DNA of 59,888 nucleotides, filler included, from an uncultured bacterium (GCA_964449065.1; 3 parts of 3 records of this genome joined end to end with filler, not necessarily neighbours in it); one strand, 5' to 3'; numbered from the whole stretch's first letter, positions 1-10,970 are shown. Notes: a model not told the origin generated them from the letters alone. A program made the numbers and translations.

Positions 1-157
1 AAGCAATCTGTTAAGCCGTTTTGATTTTCGTGAACAATCCAAATTGGAAATGGTAAAAATAGAATACCGTCAAAATTCACAAAAAAGTATTTGTATATTA
101 CCCGTTATCGCTCTACTCTATTAAAATAATAATTTCACTTTTATAGGATGAGGGATT

Positions 158-409
158 ATGAATTACCTAAATTCTTTTTTGCCATTGGATGAACGCCTTC
201 ATGTTGAAGCCGACCGCATTTGCAATCTGATTCTTTTTTCAGATATGCAATGGATTGATATCCAAATCGAAGCCAACAAACTGCGTGACCATTGTTTGGA
301 TTCAGCCCCGGAAAAGATCGACCTATTCGATTCCGTCTACTCCAGCCGCTTTGAGCGTCTCTGGGATCAATGGCGGGCCGCCACCGAGCCGGATTTCCGT
401 CTATTCTGA
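158..409 (+). CDS. small hypothetical protein (83 aa)
   Basis: ATG preceded by AGGATGAGGGA RBS-like tract; protein-like composition; 9-nt convergent overlap with the next gene. Confidence 0.7.
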   Translation: MNYLNSFLPLDERLHVEADRICNLILFSDMQWIDIQIEANKLRDHCLDSAPEKIDLFDSVYSSRFERLWDQWRAATEPDFRLF

Positions 410-1873
410 ATCATTTGAAAAGGGCAATACCGGTGAATACAATCCCTGCACCGCTTGTCCGGCATGATACACATTCATGCCGAGATAGTTCCCAAACGCT
501 TCCCACAGCACATTGCCGTGATGGCTAAGTGTCAGCGCGCAATGATGGGGAAAGTGCCGCACCAATATATCCCGGTAGAGTCCCTGCAAATCGGTCATTC
601 TGCACCAGCCATACGCCCCAAACGTTTTGGCGGGGTTGTCTTCGATGTTCCCGTGTGCAATCACTACTTTCCATGATCCGTCCGGATCCTGCGTAACCCG
701 CGTAATCGTCACCGGAGATTCTTTGGCTTCAAATTCAACCGTTCCCTGCGATTGCTCAGCCGGCGCCGCCCCGCTGGATGCCAGGATCTCATGGGTTTTG
801 ATCGTAGGTTTCGATTTCGCGAACGCTTTTGGGAACACCCCGCAATGCCAAAGGTTGACCAGTTCGTCATCTTGGTTGTGCAGGTTATTCCAGTCCGCCA
901 AAGCGGCAGGCTCCCCACTGGCAAGCATGGCCGCATGCATGGATAGTGTGCCTAATATATCCGCTTCACACGCGCATGGGATTCCGATATCTCCAAACCG
1001 GCTCATCGTCGTGCAGGTACATACCCCAAAGTTTTGTTGGATAGATGTCCAGCACTGAATCCCAAACGCGTCGATATTGTTTTCTTCTTGCCAGCGTTTT
1101 AAAAACAATTCCACTTTGGCGCTACGCAGGACGGATTCTTTGTTAATGCCCGATGTATCGGCATACTCCTTTATGCTGTTCACAATTTCCAAAATTTCAG
1201 AGTCATCCTCTTTCATTTTGTTTGCCCCGGCAATCAACTCTGATAAATCCAGCACCACGGTTGTCGCGCCCAAACGCTGCAATTGCTTTTCATCAAAGCG
1301 GCAGGTCCAAAACGCTTCCGGACGCGCACCGATCTGCCCGTAACGCGCATTGCGAACGCCGTTTACCACCTGGCAAATTCGAACGAATTGATCGAGGTCT
1401 TTGCGAAAACTCTCGTCTTTCGGAAAACAAATCGGCCGCTGCGCCACCGTGAATTTGGCGTCAATCTGCCGCAACGCTTCTCCAATCGAGAGCAATCCGC
1501 AGAACGAATCCCGCCGCGATGTGGTAGGCGTTAAAACCTCCTCTTCCTGGCACCCAAAAACCAAAATCGGTACATCCAACCTTGCCTGCTTCACTACCCA
1601 GGCAGCCGATTGCTCATCGCCGAAATTCATGGCGCCGATCAAAATGCCATCCACCTCAGCCTCACGAAACCGTTGGGCACACAGTTCGGCCTCTTTGAGC
1701 GTTTCTACACAACCCGCTTGCGTTTGGCTCTCATCGGGCACCACCACATCGATCCCAAGTTTGTATAAAGTTTCCAGCGTCTGCGAACGCATTTGTTTGG
1801 CAAGTTCCGTACTGAAAAATCCGCGGTTGGCGGGCACGAATCCCAATTTGATTGACTTCAGTTGCAGGGGCAT
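401..1873 (-). CDS. L-fucose/L-arabinose isomerase family protein
   Basis: Motifs NFGDE, RRDSFCG, CWTSIQ, PCACEAD, WHCG and FPHH; start moved to ATG 1873 because GGAGGA lies just upstream. Confidence 0.85.
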   Translation of the reverse strand: MPLQLKSIKLGFVPANRGFFSTELAKQMRSQTLETLYKLGIDVVVPDESQTQAGCVETLKEAELCAQRFREAEVDGILIGAMNFGDEQSAAWVVKQARLDVPILVFGCQEEEVLTPTTSRRDSFCGLLSIGEALRQIDAKFTVAQRPICFPKDESFRKDLDQFVRICQVVNGVRNARYGQIGARPEAFWTCRFDEKQLQRLGATTVVLDLSELIAGANKMKEDDSEILEIVNSIKEYADTSGINKESVLRSAKVELFLKRWQEENNIDAFGIQCWTSIQQNFGVCTCTTMSRFGDIGIPCACEADILGTLSMHAAMLASGEPAALADWNNLHNQDDELVNLWHCGVFPKAFAKSKPTIKTHEILASSGAAPAEQSQGTVEFEAKESPVTITRVTQDPDGSWKVVIAHGNIEDNPAKTFGAYGWCRMTDLQGLYRDILVRHFPHHCALTLSHHGNVLWEAFGNYLGMNVYHAGQAVQGLYSPVLPFSNDSE

Positions 1874-1941
1874 GATAGGGTCCTCCCATGTCATGAAATA
1901 ACATTTCATTTACGTAATGTTACTTCGGGTGAAGGAAGAAC

Positions 1942-2538
1942 TTAAGGACCAAAGCGGTATACATCACCATAACTATTCAAGCCGTTTGATATATCGTAAA
2001 GAACATAAACAAAAGCTTTCGCGCTGCTGCCTGCATACTCGTTGACGTTTTCATATTTATCCGGCCCTACACTTTTCATTGACCATTCTTGCGCATCGGA
2101 TGTGAAGAACCGGGCTGCCGAAGCCGCACCGCAACTGCCATACGCTCTCCCGTACCGATCCATATACCAATACAATCCAAACGGATTTAAAATATTTCCG
2201 CTCGGTGTAGGCGCCTCGCCATCTTCATTGAACGGATCTTTATATAGAACCGATATATACGATATAGGGGATGTAAGAACCGCCAGAACCAAACCGCCGC
2301 TTCTGCGCAGGGGGTCAGGAATTGCTCCACAATTTGACACGGTTGGATAACGGTTTTGATCTAAACGATAGGATTCAATCGCTACACTATAGGCTTGCAT
2401 ATCGCCCTGCGTACGGGCAATCTTTGCTTTGATTTGTGCGTTCAAGAAATTCGGAACAGCAATCGCTGCCAATATTCCGATAATCGCAACCACAATCAAC
2501 AATTCAATTAGTGTAAATCCAGATTTAGTGTTTAGCAT
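1942..2538 (-). CDS. type IV pilin/pseudopilin-like protein (prepilin N-terminal cleavage motif), paralog 1
   Basis: Class III signal G|FTLIELLIVVAIIGILAAIAVPNF; LTSPISY, SVGPD and YDISNGLNSYGDV blocks. Confidence 0.9.
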   Translation of the reverse strand: MLNTKSGFTLIELLIVVAIIGILAAIAVPNFLNAQIKAKIARTQGDMQAYSVAIESYRLDQNRYPTVSNCGAIPDPLRRSGGLVLAVLTSPISYISVLYKDPFNEDGEAPTPSGNILNPFGLYWYMDRYGRAYGSCGAASAARFFTSDAQEWSMKSVGPDKYENVNEYAGSSAKAFVYVLYDISNGLNSYGDVYRFGP

Positions 2539-2613
2539 AATAGATTTCAAATAAGATTATGGATTTGAAATGTTAGGATTGGATTATTTGATAAAAAAAG
2601 CCTTGAAGTGAAA

Positions 2614-4377
2614 TTAATTCTGATTTCCCCATGATTGAATCAACAACAGCAAATCCAACTTATCCACTCTCCCGTCACCGTTTAAATCGGGATCGCCCTG
2701 CAATCCAGGCAATGGTGTGGGCGTATTTGGAATGGCGGGTGCTGTTGGCGTAGGCGTAGGCGTTATAAACAATGCCGATGTAGGCGTTTGCGTTGGAGTA
2801 ATAAATTGCGGCGGTGTTGGCCGTGCCCCCAAATTGGATTGCAGCAAGAGAAACTCATTGTTCTCATTCACCGCTGCCATACCAACCGTGCCGTCATCAA
2901 AGTACAGTCCGGGACAAATTAGTTTTATACTGGTATCTGTCAAAACAGTTCGTGTTTCGCCGCCCACGGTTTCCGGGTTCTTTTGAAACGAATCAACCCC
3001 ATTCGCGGAAACAAACAAAAACTCATCCAATCCATCCCCATTCACATCAAAGGATTTTACCGGTGGAAGAAGCGTATCCGGAGCAAGGCGCGATTCTATT
3101 ACCGATACCAAACCGGTTGAATCCGTACGGATCGTGGTAAACAACTGAACCGGCTCCGCTTCCTGCGATTGCGAAAGAACAATAAATTCTTCTTTGCCGG
3201 GAACGCGTGTGGATGCTGTCAATGCTTGTAAAAATGTTCCATTCAACTCAACTTTGGTTCCATCGTCTCGAATGAAAGGAAACAGGTTTTCTTCATCGGC
3301 AAGGATCACAAACGGATCGTCATTTTGCGATGTGCCGCCGCGGTTAATGGTGACCAATACATCGTCCAATCCGTCAGAATTGATATCCGCGGATGCAATC
3401 AAATCATCCCCCAAAAAAACCAACTCCTGCTGCGGTTGAAATGACCCGTCTCCATTTCCCTTGAGCCACAAAGGCTCACCGCCAATCACAATATCCGGAA
3501 TGGAATCAAAATCGGCGTCATATACCGCCAAGTGCTGCATTTGCGTTTGCAGTTCGGCCGTAAATCCCTTGGAATAGCCGCCGTCATCCGTCCCGATAAA
3601 AACGGTAACGATAGAAGAAAGCCCAAACGCGCTCGTAGCCGCGGCAACCAAATCTCCCACTCCATCTAAATTCAAATCGCTAATCACAACATCTTGAGGA
3701 TCGTTTACATCCAACATCCGCGGCGATTCAAACCCCGTTCCATTCGATGGATAAACAACCATCGCGTCATTCTGCTGCGATAGAAGTATCGCGTCATCCA
3801 AGCCGTCAAAGTTCACATCGCCACACAACAACCGGCTTGCGGATGCACTAGCCGGGAAAGTCGATACCACCGAAAATTCCGTACTGGGTATAATCGGCAC
3901 TGGGGTAGGCGGCGGGGTATCCAATAATGTGACCGGGTTCACCATCATCCCCCATGATTCCAACACGCCTTCATTGCCCGCACTCACATCCTCCACCGTC
4001 AGTGTCCATGTGCCCTGCGCGTTGATGCCGTGATATACGTTTAACGGTGTGGCGGGCTCGGTGATCGTGTCATATACAGGATTAAAAGGATTCGTGCCGG
4101 ATGGAGACTGATTATGCAAAAACGTCCGCAAACCGGTGGGGCTGGTCAACGATATACGCAATTCTTCAACGTTCGGATGGGAAATCCGAACCGCAATCCG
4201 CAAATCGTCCAAAAGGCCAAAGCTGGGAATCGTAATGCTGCTTTCCAAGGGAGCCCCATTATCGGGTATCACAGCATTCACATCCACTTCAACGGTGGCA
4301 AATGGAGTTTCACTCGTTTGAGAAAAAACGACCGCTGGAAAGAAAAATAATAAAAAGAGGAAAGAAATACTTCTCAT
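2614..4377 (-). CDS. secreted surface protein: proprotein-convertase P-domain, FG-GAP/VCBS repeats, Pro/Thr linker, C-terminal dockerin/EF-hand-like motif
   Basis: Signal peptide MRSISFLFLLFFFPAVVFSQ; P-domain pattern ISH..L.ISLTSP.G...GTWTLTVED...G.LESW; repeated DxNxDGxxD; PTPT tracts; DLNGDGRVDKLDL. Confidence 0.8.
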   Translation of the reverse strand: MRSISFLFLLFFFPAVVFSQTSETPFATVEVDVNAVIPDNGAPLESSITIPSFGLLDDLRIAVRISHPNVEELRISLTSPTGLRTFLHNQSPSGTNPFNPVYDTITEPATPLNVYHGINAQGTWTLTVEDVSAGNEGVLESWGMMVNPVTLLDTPPPTPVPIIPSTEFSVVSTFPASASASRLLCGDVNFDGLDDAILLSQQNDAMVVYPSNGTGFESPRMLDVNDPQDVVISDLNLDGVGDLVAAATSAFGLSSIVTVFIGTDDGGYSKGFTAELQTQMQHLAVYDADFDSIPDIVIGGEPLWLKGNGDGSFQPQQELVFLGDDLIASADINSDGLDDVLVTINRGGTSQNDDPFVILADEENLFPFIRDDGTKVELNGTFLQALTASTRVPGKEEFIVLSQSQEAEPVQLFTTIRTDSTGLVSVIESRLAPDTLLPPVKSFDVNGDGLDEFLFVSANGVDSFQKNPETVGGETRTVLTDTSIKLICPGLYFDDGTVGMAAVNENNEFLLLQSNLGARPTPPQFITPTQTPTSALFITPTPTPTAPAIPNTPTPLPGLQGDPDLNGDGRVDKLDLLLLIQSWGNQN

Positions 4378-4679
4378 CACCGGCTCAACCCAAATGTTTG
4401 TACAAATAGAATCATATAAATCAATTCTTATACCAAAAGAAAAATGAAATGTCCGTTTCGGTACGAATGGTGGGCTACCGGATAAAAGCAGTAGGATTGG
4501 ATTCAGGCATACACCCGCTTTGACATAAAGCGTAACCATAGTTTCAAGAGTGTTGAGCCCACCCTACAATTGCACTATACAATTGCAACGGACATTCTGA
4601 ATTGCAAATGGTATTATAAACGAAATATTCTCTATATCTTATTGCAAAGCCTTGAGTTGACAAGCATCATTTTTTCGCG

Positions 4680-6161
4680 TCAATTCTTACGCAAAGGCTC
4701 ACCGTTTTTCGGTATCCACTCATTGTGCCGGTCTTTTACCGTTTTATACTTCGGGTTTGATGCAAGATTGTTCCACTCATACGGGTCATTTTTGTGATCG
4801 TACAGCTCTTCCGAACCGTCAGCATAACGGATATACCGCCAATCCATTGAACGCACGGCATGATGTACTTCCGTTTCATTCCACCCTCTATGTGCCGTAA
4901 GAGCTGGCCTCGGTGTCTTCCGCTCAGGGTTTTTCAGCCAAGGAACAAGACTGATTCCATCAACGTTTTCTTTTTCCGGTAACCCGCATAGTTCCGTTAT
5001 GGTAGGGTAAAGATCAACCAAACTTACCGGCTGTTTGCATACACGTTCATCTTTTAAACCGGGTGAACTGATCATCAAAGGCACCCGCGTCGCTTCTTCC
5101 CAAAGCGTGCTTTTATGCCAGCGCTGCTTCTCGCCCAAATGCCACCCGTGATCCGACCACAAGCAGACAATCGTGTTATCCGCATACGGGCTTTTCTCCA
5201 AAGCATCTAATACCTTACCGACCATGGCATCCGCAAAGGTGATATTCGCCAAATACGCTTGCACGGCACTTTTATAAAGATCATTCTCCAATATCCGCTT
5301 ATGAAAATGATTGGGGTTGTTCAAATAGCGAATCGCGATATCCGGCAAGTCATCGATATCCCCGTCTTTCGTGACCGGCAGCGTTACATCCTGTTCAGGA
5401 TACCCTGCAAAGTATTCTTCCGGTACATACCAAGGCCCATGCGGGCGGTAAATCCCTACCGCTAAAAAGAACGGGTCCTCGTGTTTCTCTTGCAATTTGC
5501 TTATTGCCCATTCGGTGGTTCTCCCATCCGAAGTTTGTTCATCTTCGCGGTCAATGCCGCCCCAATCCCAATGCCAGATATCGAGTCCGTTAAAGTTTTG
5601 TCCCGGCATCACCGATGGCATAGGGATTTGAACTTCACGCGATGGAAACCGCTCATCCCACGATGCCGGATGATGAAACCCCTGTCGCCCGCCATGCCCG
5701 CCATGCCAGCGGCCGGTTTCTCCCCCATGATTGGAATGAAATATCTTACCCCCGCCGAACGTTTTATAGCCATGGTTACGAAAATATTGTGGCAGCGTAT
5801 CATGATTTTTCAGCAACGGCGCTTCCCGCCAATCCTGCATATTGCCATGCACTTCCGTATGCGTTGGGAACATCCCTGTCATCACACTCGCACGGGATGG
5901 ATTACACAACGGGGCAGAGCAGTGCGCGTTGGTGAACAATACCCCCCGCTGTGCCAGGCGGTCCATGTTCGGTGTATGAATATCCGGATGCCCGCCCAAG
6001 CAGCTCACCCAATCATTTAGATCATCTACGGATATAAACAGCACGTTCGTTTTTTCTTGTTTTGCCTGAGAGGATTGTAGGTTTAAACCGGATGCCAATG
6101 CTGCTGATCCAAGAGTCGCAGTTCGCAAAAACGATCTTCGATTCACATGATTCTGCTTCAT
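4680..6161 (-). CDS. Tat-exported sulfatase (iduronate-2-sulfatase-like)
   Basis: Tat motif NRRSFL; NVLFISVDD; formylglycine motif CNPSR; GKIFH; SDHG. Confidence 0.92.
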   Translation of the reverse strand: MKQNHVNRRSFLRTATLGSAALASGLNLQSSQAKQEKTNVLFISVDDLNDWVSCLGGHPDIHTPNMDRLAQRGVLFTNAHCSAPLCNPSRASVMTGMFPTHTEVHGNMQDWREAPLLKNHDTLPQYFRNHGYKTFGGGKIFHSNHGGETGRWHGGHGGRQGFHHPASWDERFPSREVQIPMPSVMPGQNFNGLDIWHWDWGGIDREDEQTSDGRTTEWAISKLQEKHEDPFFLAVGIYRPHGPWYVPEEYFAGYPEQDVTLPVTKDGDIDDLPDIAIRYLNNPNHFHKRILENDLYKSAVQAYLANITFADAMVGKVLDALEKSPYADNTIVCLWSDHGWHLGEKQRWHKSTLWEEATRVPLMISSPGLKDERVCKQPVSLVDLYPTITELCGLPEKENVDGISLVPWLKNPERKTPRPALTAHRGWNETEVHHAVRSMDWRYIRYADGSEELYDHKNDPYEWNNLASNPKYKTVKDRHNEWIPKNGEPLRKN

Positions 6162-6163
6162 AC

Positions 6164-8281
6164 TTACCCCCGTTTACGCCGCCTGGTTTTCGGAGCCTTC
6201 TTCTTCGCTGGAGAAGGAATATCCATATCAGCCATTTCCATACCGGATTGTTCCAACTGCATAATCTTATCACGATAAACCGCCGCCTTCTCAAATTCCA
6301 GGTCTTTCGCGGCTTCCACCATCTTTCGCTTCAGTTCAGATATCGCCTCTTTCTTATCTTTCCCACGAATATCAACCGATTCGGATATGTTAAACAACAG
6401 TTCTTCCGCTTCACGCTTGCGTGAAGATTTGGCTTCAAGAATAGAGTGAATTTTCTTTTGGATCGTCTTAGGGATAATCCCATGCTTTTCGTTATATTCC
6501 AACTGTATTTTCCGTCTGCGTTCCATCTCATCAATTGCCCGTTTCATGGAACCGGTCTCTTTATCCGCATACATCACAACCTCACCGGCCACATTTCGCG
6601 CCGCGCGTCCGCAGGTTTGGATCAAAGAGCGCGAATCCCGCAAGAAGCCTTCTTTATCAGCATCCATCACCGCCACCAGAGACACCTCTGGTAAGTCCAA
6701 TCCTTCACGCAGCAGATTTACCCCAACGATGACATCAATCTCACCCAGCCGCAGACTCTCCAAAATCTCAGCACGCTCAATCGTATCAATCTGAAAATGC
6801 ATATAATGCACCTTGATATTAAGTTCCATCAAATAAGCCGATAAATCCTCAGACATCCGCTTGGTTAAGGTTGTGACCAACACCCGTTCATTCCGTTTGG
6901 TGCGTTCACGAATACGCTCAACCAAATCATCCACCTGTCCGGTCGCCGGACGCACCGTTATCTTTGGATCCACCAATCCGGTGGGACGAATAATCTGTTC
7001 CGCCTTATTGGTGCTCTTTTCCAACTCAAAATCCCCTGGAGTCGCGGAAACAAATACCGCCTGATTAATGCAATTCCAATATTCATCAAACGACAGCGGC
7101 CGGTTATCTAAAGCCGAGGGCAGCCGAAAGCCGTATTCCACCAAGGTTTTCTTGCGGCTTTGATCTCCACCATACATCCCCCGCACTTGCGGCAGCATGA
7201 TGTGTGATTCATCCACGATCATCAAAAAATCATCGGGGAAATAATCGATCAGCGTATTGGGGGATGTTCCCGGAGACCGTCCGTCCAAATGGCGGGAATA
7301 GTTTTCGATTCCCTGGCAAAAGCCGGTTTCTTGCAGCATTTCTAAATCATACATGGTGCGTTGTTCCAAACGTTGGGCTTCAACTAAGCGGTCTTCGGAA
7401 CGGAGATACTGCAGCCGTTCCTGCAATTCTTCCCGAATGGTTTGGATTGCTGTTTTCAAACGATCCGGCGCGGTCACATAATGCCGTGCTGGGTAGATAG
7501 TGATGCGTCCGTGCTCACCTAATACCTCTCCAGTGACAGGATTGATTTCCAATATCCGGTCGATCTCATCCCCCCACATCTCAAACCGCAACGGCGTTTC
7601 CCCATAGCCCGGAAATACCTCAACAATATCGCCGCGCACCCGGAAGGTCCCTTGATGAAAATCAATATCGTTGCGCATGTATTGCAAATCCACCAACCGC
7701 CGCAAAAACTTCTGCCGGGGGATCGATTCCCCCTGCGCGATGGGGATGGTCATTTCCCGGTAATCCTCAGGAGAACCCAATCCATATATACACGAGACCG
7801 AGGCAACAATGATCACATCCCGCCGCTCCATCAAATTGGTCGTCGCTTCCAACCGAAGCCGCTCAATCTCTTCATTGACGGTTGATTCCTTCTCAATAAA
7901 CAAGTCTTTTGAGGGCACATACGCTTCCGGCTGATAAAAATCATAATAGGAAACAAAATACCCAACGGCGTTATTCGGGAAAAAGTCTTTAAACTCCCGG
8001 TATAATTGCGCGGCAAGTACTTTATTGTGCGAGATCACCAGCGTCGGCTTATTAACCTGCTGGATAACATTCGCCATCGTATACGTCTTCCCGCTGCCGG
8101 TTACGCCCACCAGCGTTTGATATTTATGATGATCATTCACTCCCCGAACCAGCGATTCAATCGCCGAAGGCTGGTCGCCGGTAGGTTGATAATCCGCCAC
8201 CAATTCAAAGGGGATATCCTTTACCCCCTGACTGCGGCGTTCAAAACTCTCATTGATTTCTTTGATTTTATTGATGCGCAT
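6164..8281 (-). CDS. uvrB: excinuclease ABC subunit B
   Basis: [47 protein letters not shown]-terminal UVR domain. Confidence 0.98.
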   Translation of the reverse strand: MRINKIKEINESFERRSQGVKDIPFELVADYQPTGDQPSAIESLVRGVNDHHKYQTLVGVTGSGKTYTMANVIQQVNKPTLVISHNKVLAAQLYREFKDFFPNNAVGYFVSYYDFYQPEAYVPSKDLFIEKESTVNEEIERLRLEATTNLMERRDVIIVASVSCIYGLGSPEDYREMTIPIAQGESIPRQKFLRRLVDLQYMRNDIDFHQGTFRVRGDIVEVFPGYGETPLRFEMWGDEIDRILEINPVTGEVLGEHGRITIYPARHYVTAPDRLKTAIQTIREELQERLQYLRSEDRLVEAQRLEQRTMYDLEMLQETGFCQGIENYSRHLDGRSPGTSPNTLIDYFPDDFLMIVDESHIMLPQVRGMYGGDQSRKKTLVEYGFRLPSALDNRPLSFDEYWNCINQAVFVSATPGDFELEKSTNKAEQIIRPTGLVDPKITVRPATGQVDDLVERIRERTKRNERVLVTTLTKRMSEDLSAYLMELNIKVHYMHFQIDTIERAEILESLRLGEIDVIVGVNLLREGLDLPEVSLVAVMDADKEGFLRDSRSLIQTCGRAARNVAGEVVMYADKETGSMKRAIDEMERRRKIQLEYNEKHGIIPKTIQKKIHSILEAKSSRKREAEELLFNISESVDIRGKDKKEAISELKRKMVEAAKDLEFEKAAVYRDKIMQLEQSGMEMADMDIPSPAKKKAPKTRRRKRG

Positions 8282-8324
8282 AGAAACTCTTTAATGTAGA
8301 TCGAGGGAATTTAATGAAATAAAG

Positions 8325-8590
8325 GTCAATCTCCGGCTTTGCCGAAGAACTCCCAGCGTTTGACAGTTATGGGAGTCTGAAAAAACTCTCCACCAGGTGA
8401 ACCGCTCAAAATTAAAAATACGAAAGATTCAATGGCATACGAAAGTTTAAAGCATACCAGTTGGGAATGCAAATACCACGTGGTATGTAGTTTCAAATAT
8501 GGGAAGAAAAAGTTGTTTGGTGATTTAAAACCGTGCATGGAGGAATTGTTTACTCATGTTTCGCAATGACAATAAAGAGAATGCCGTTGT
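8325..8590 (+). mobile_element. degenerate IS200/IS605-family element: left end plus truncated tnpA (8432-8569)
   Basis: CCGGCTTTGCCG and ACTCCCA..TGGGAGT hairpins; ATG 8432 reads MAYESLKHTSWECKYHVVCSFKYGKKKLFGDLK, like the Y1 TnpA N-terminus (SLSHTxWxCKYHVVFxPKY), then stops. Confidence 0.75.
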
Positions 8591-8734
8591 TATCCTACCT
8601 TATGAAGGCGGCTCTCCGTTCATATCATTTTCACATTGAACCAATCTCCAATTATGTCGGGGAGTCTCAGCTTCCAGCCGGGAAATGAAGGAGCCCTTTA
8701 GTAACCATGGCCCACCACTCGCGCAAGTGAGCCC

Positions 8735-8764
8735 TGGGAGGGCGAAGTTCCCGCCGAGCCGGAT
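8735..8764 (+). repeat. REP-like element TGGGAGGGCGAAGTTCCCGCCGAGCCGGAT (second copy 35282-35311, opposite strand)
   Basis: 27/30 identity between the two intergenic copies. Confidence 0.7.
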
Positions 8765-8772
8765 GCACGCTT

Positions 8773-8880
8773 GCATTCCGCTGGCAATTAGGATTGTTAC
8801 GTTCGTGTGGTGATAATCCTCAGCGAAAGAAGGACTTTGCACCGATCTTACCTGATAATCCTAAATAACATCGATATAAA
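8773..8880 (-). repeat. ~105-bp MITE-like repeat, family 1 (copies at 26953-27059 and partial 47902-47952)
   Basis: Shared TGTTATTTAGGAT...AGGTAAGA...CCTTCTTTCGC...TAACAATCCTAATTG with imperfect terminal inverted repeats. Confidence 0.7.
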
Positions 8881-9093
8881 ATGCACCCAATAACGGCTGG
8901 TGAGTTGGTTGAGATGTGATGTGGAATAGGATGAAACTCGTATGAATCTAAACGAAGTTGAGATGGATAACCGGACAAGCATCAATTGGTAAGGAAAAAA
9001 GTATTGGCTAGGGAAATTGAAAGAGAATCCTAAGGCGATGACGCAGGGTGAGATGATGGTGCTGCCCGGATGGCGTGGAAACGAATGGGGAAA

Positions 9094-9121
9094 GTAGGGG
9101 CGCGCAACAATGTGCCCCTAG
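9094..9121 (+). repeat. GTAG-type REP palindrome
   Basis: GTAGGGGCGCGCAACAATGTGCCCCTAG hairpin. Confidence 0.55.
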
Positions 9122-9151
9122 CAGTGTGTGTCAGTTTTGGGGGGGGCAAAA

Positions 9152-9709
9152 TTACGGCCGGATCCACACGATATCACCGATGCTGTTAATGCCGTTGCTG
9201 GGCATATAAAAAGTGAAACCGGTAATGCCGTGTTCATTAAAATCCAACACCCCGTTGGGGCCTACGCTCCAAAGTTCATAAGAAAGCGGTTTATTTTTAT
9301 AGCCGCGCTGAACTGCTTCCGGGTTGTTGGGGACACGCAGTTTCGGATCGAGCCACAAAGAACCGTCATCACGCCAGATGCGTTCGAGATGATATTCTCC
9401 GTATTTTAAAGACCATGCGTCGCTGAGGTGCTCGACTTCAAATATATCGCGCGGGGGGGTGGAGAAATAGGCAATGGGGGTGGTGAGGTATTTGTTTTGC
9501 CAGGGTGTATGGTTGTGGGGATGATAATTGTTGTTGTCCATACGGTACATTTCAGCCGCGGTGACATAGGATTTCATTTCCGATTCGGTCTTGGCAACTT
9601 TGGCACGGATTTGCGCGTTTAAGAAATTGGGGACGGCAATCGCCGCTAAAATCCCGATGATGGCAACCACGATTAACAGCTCAATCAGGGTAAATCCTCT
9701 TGCGGTCAT
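9152..9709 (-). CDS. type IV pilin/pseudopilin-like protein, paralog 2
   Basis: MTARG|FTLIELLIVVAIIGILAAIAVPNF; LTTPIAY, SVGPN, YMPSNGINSIGDI. Confidence 0.9.
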   Translation of the reverse strand: MTARGFTLIELLIVVAIIGILAAIAVPNFLNAQIRAKVAKTESEMKSYVTAAEMYRMDNNNYHPHNHTPWQNKYLTTPIAYFSTPPRDIFEVEHLSDAWSLKYGEYHLERIWRDDGSLWLDPKLRVPNNPEAVQRGYKNKPLSYELWSVGPNGVLDFNEHGITGFTFYMPSNGINSIGDIVWIRP

Positions 9710-9836
9710 ACTCTTCACCTCGTAATCAAAGATGATCAATTCTATCATATTAATGTGGAGATTCACAACACTTTTTATGAAGAATGAATGTTTTTTTTAA
9801 GGCGGCCGCATGGGAGAGTGCCCGGATCGCTGGATT

Positions 9837-10970
9837 TTATTTTTTCTGAACGCGGTTATTTACAATAGATAGGATCCGTTCCGCGAAAGAAGGGGGTAGA
9901 GTTTCATCATGCTCACGGGCTAATTGAGCCAGTTGAATATATTCGGGATGAAAGACTGAGGCGATGACGAGCATGTCGTAGGCTTCGGCGGGATTCCATG
10001 GTTTGCCGGGGCGGTAGTAGGGGTCGCCGGATTCCCAGCGCTTACGGTCGAGTTCCACCTTAGAGTTGACCCATTCTTTGTATACTTTTTCTCCTTGGAT
10101 ATACGGAACAATGAATTCGATGCATTTTTTAAGTGACGCACCGTTTGCTGTTTGATAGGTATACAAGTTGATGTCGTGGATTCGTAAAAAATAAGCCAGT
10201 TTGAATAGATTGCTTAAACTGCTGATGTTGTAATGCATGGAATCGCGGTGGTGCAGGTCGCGTGTCGTACCGTCGGGTAAGAGAGAGGCTTCGAGAACCG
10301 GTTTGGTTTTATCAATGACAAACTGTTTCCATTGCGGGTTGTTCAAAGACAGCGATGCCAAGAGAATCACCTTTAAGCGTTTCATGTGGCGGTTGGATGC
10401 GCCATCGCCGGGCCATTTGTCGAGTAGAGATTGGCCGATATCATGCAGCCATTCCTTGATGTTTTCTTTTTGGTCAGCGTTCATGAGATGTTTTAAACTA
10501 TCATAAGCATAAAAGCAGAAGTTAAGTTTGTTTTCGTTGACGTCGTTGCCTTTGGGTTTGTATACACCGGCCCAGGCTGAGATGAACTCGATGGCTTTTT
10601 CGGCGAAGCGTTTTTCATGAGTGATGAGGTAAACCCATGTCAGAGCGCGGATGTCTTTCATATCCTGCAAGTGCAGCGCGGAGCGAACGCGGTCAGGATG
10701 GTTGCTGACGTGGCCTTCGTAATAGATGGTTTCGATCGGGGAGGGTTCTTTATCCAACGCATGGACCGCTTGTTGGTAGATGGATTGATAAGCCGGGGCT
10801 TCTGTGATGGTATCGCGGTATTGCGCGAGTAATTCGCGCTCATCTTCTGTCAGCCAGACAGTGAAGGGCATATCGAATTCAACGTAGGGGAGGTTCTTGT
10901 CTTGAGAGCAGGGAATCGCTGTCTTCATAAAAAACAAGAGGCTTACTACTAATACGAACGTGATTTTCAT
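9837..10970 (-). CDS. secreted alginate lyase family (alpha/alpha toroid) protein
   Basis: Signal peptide from M29; patterns A...I.AWA, SNRH, DG...D..HRDSMHY and L..I.FI.PY typical of PF05426-like lyases. Confidence 0.7.
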   Translation of the reverse strand: MKITFVLVVSLLFFMKTAIPCSQDKNLPYVEFDMPFTVWLTEDERELLAQYRDTITEAPAYQSIYQQAVHALDKEPSPIETIYYEGHVSNHPDRVRSALHLQDMKDIRALTWVYLITHEKRFAEKAIEFISAWAGVYKPKGNDVNENKLNFCFYAYDSLKHLMNADQKENIKEWLHDIGQSLLDKWPGDGASNRHMKRLKVILLASLSLNNPQWKQFVIDKTKPVLEASLLPDGTTRDLHHRDSMHYNISSLSNLFKLAYFLRIHDINLYTYQTANGASLKKCIEFIVPYIQGEKVYKEWVNSKVELDRKRWESGDPYYRPGKPWNPAEAYDMLVIASVFHPEYIQLAQLAREHDETLPPSFAERILSIVNNRVQKK

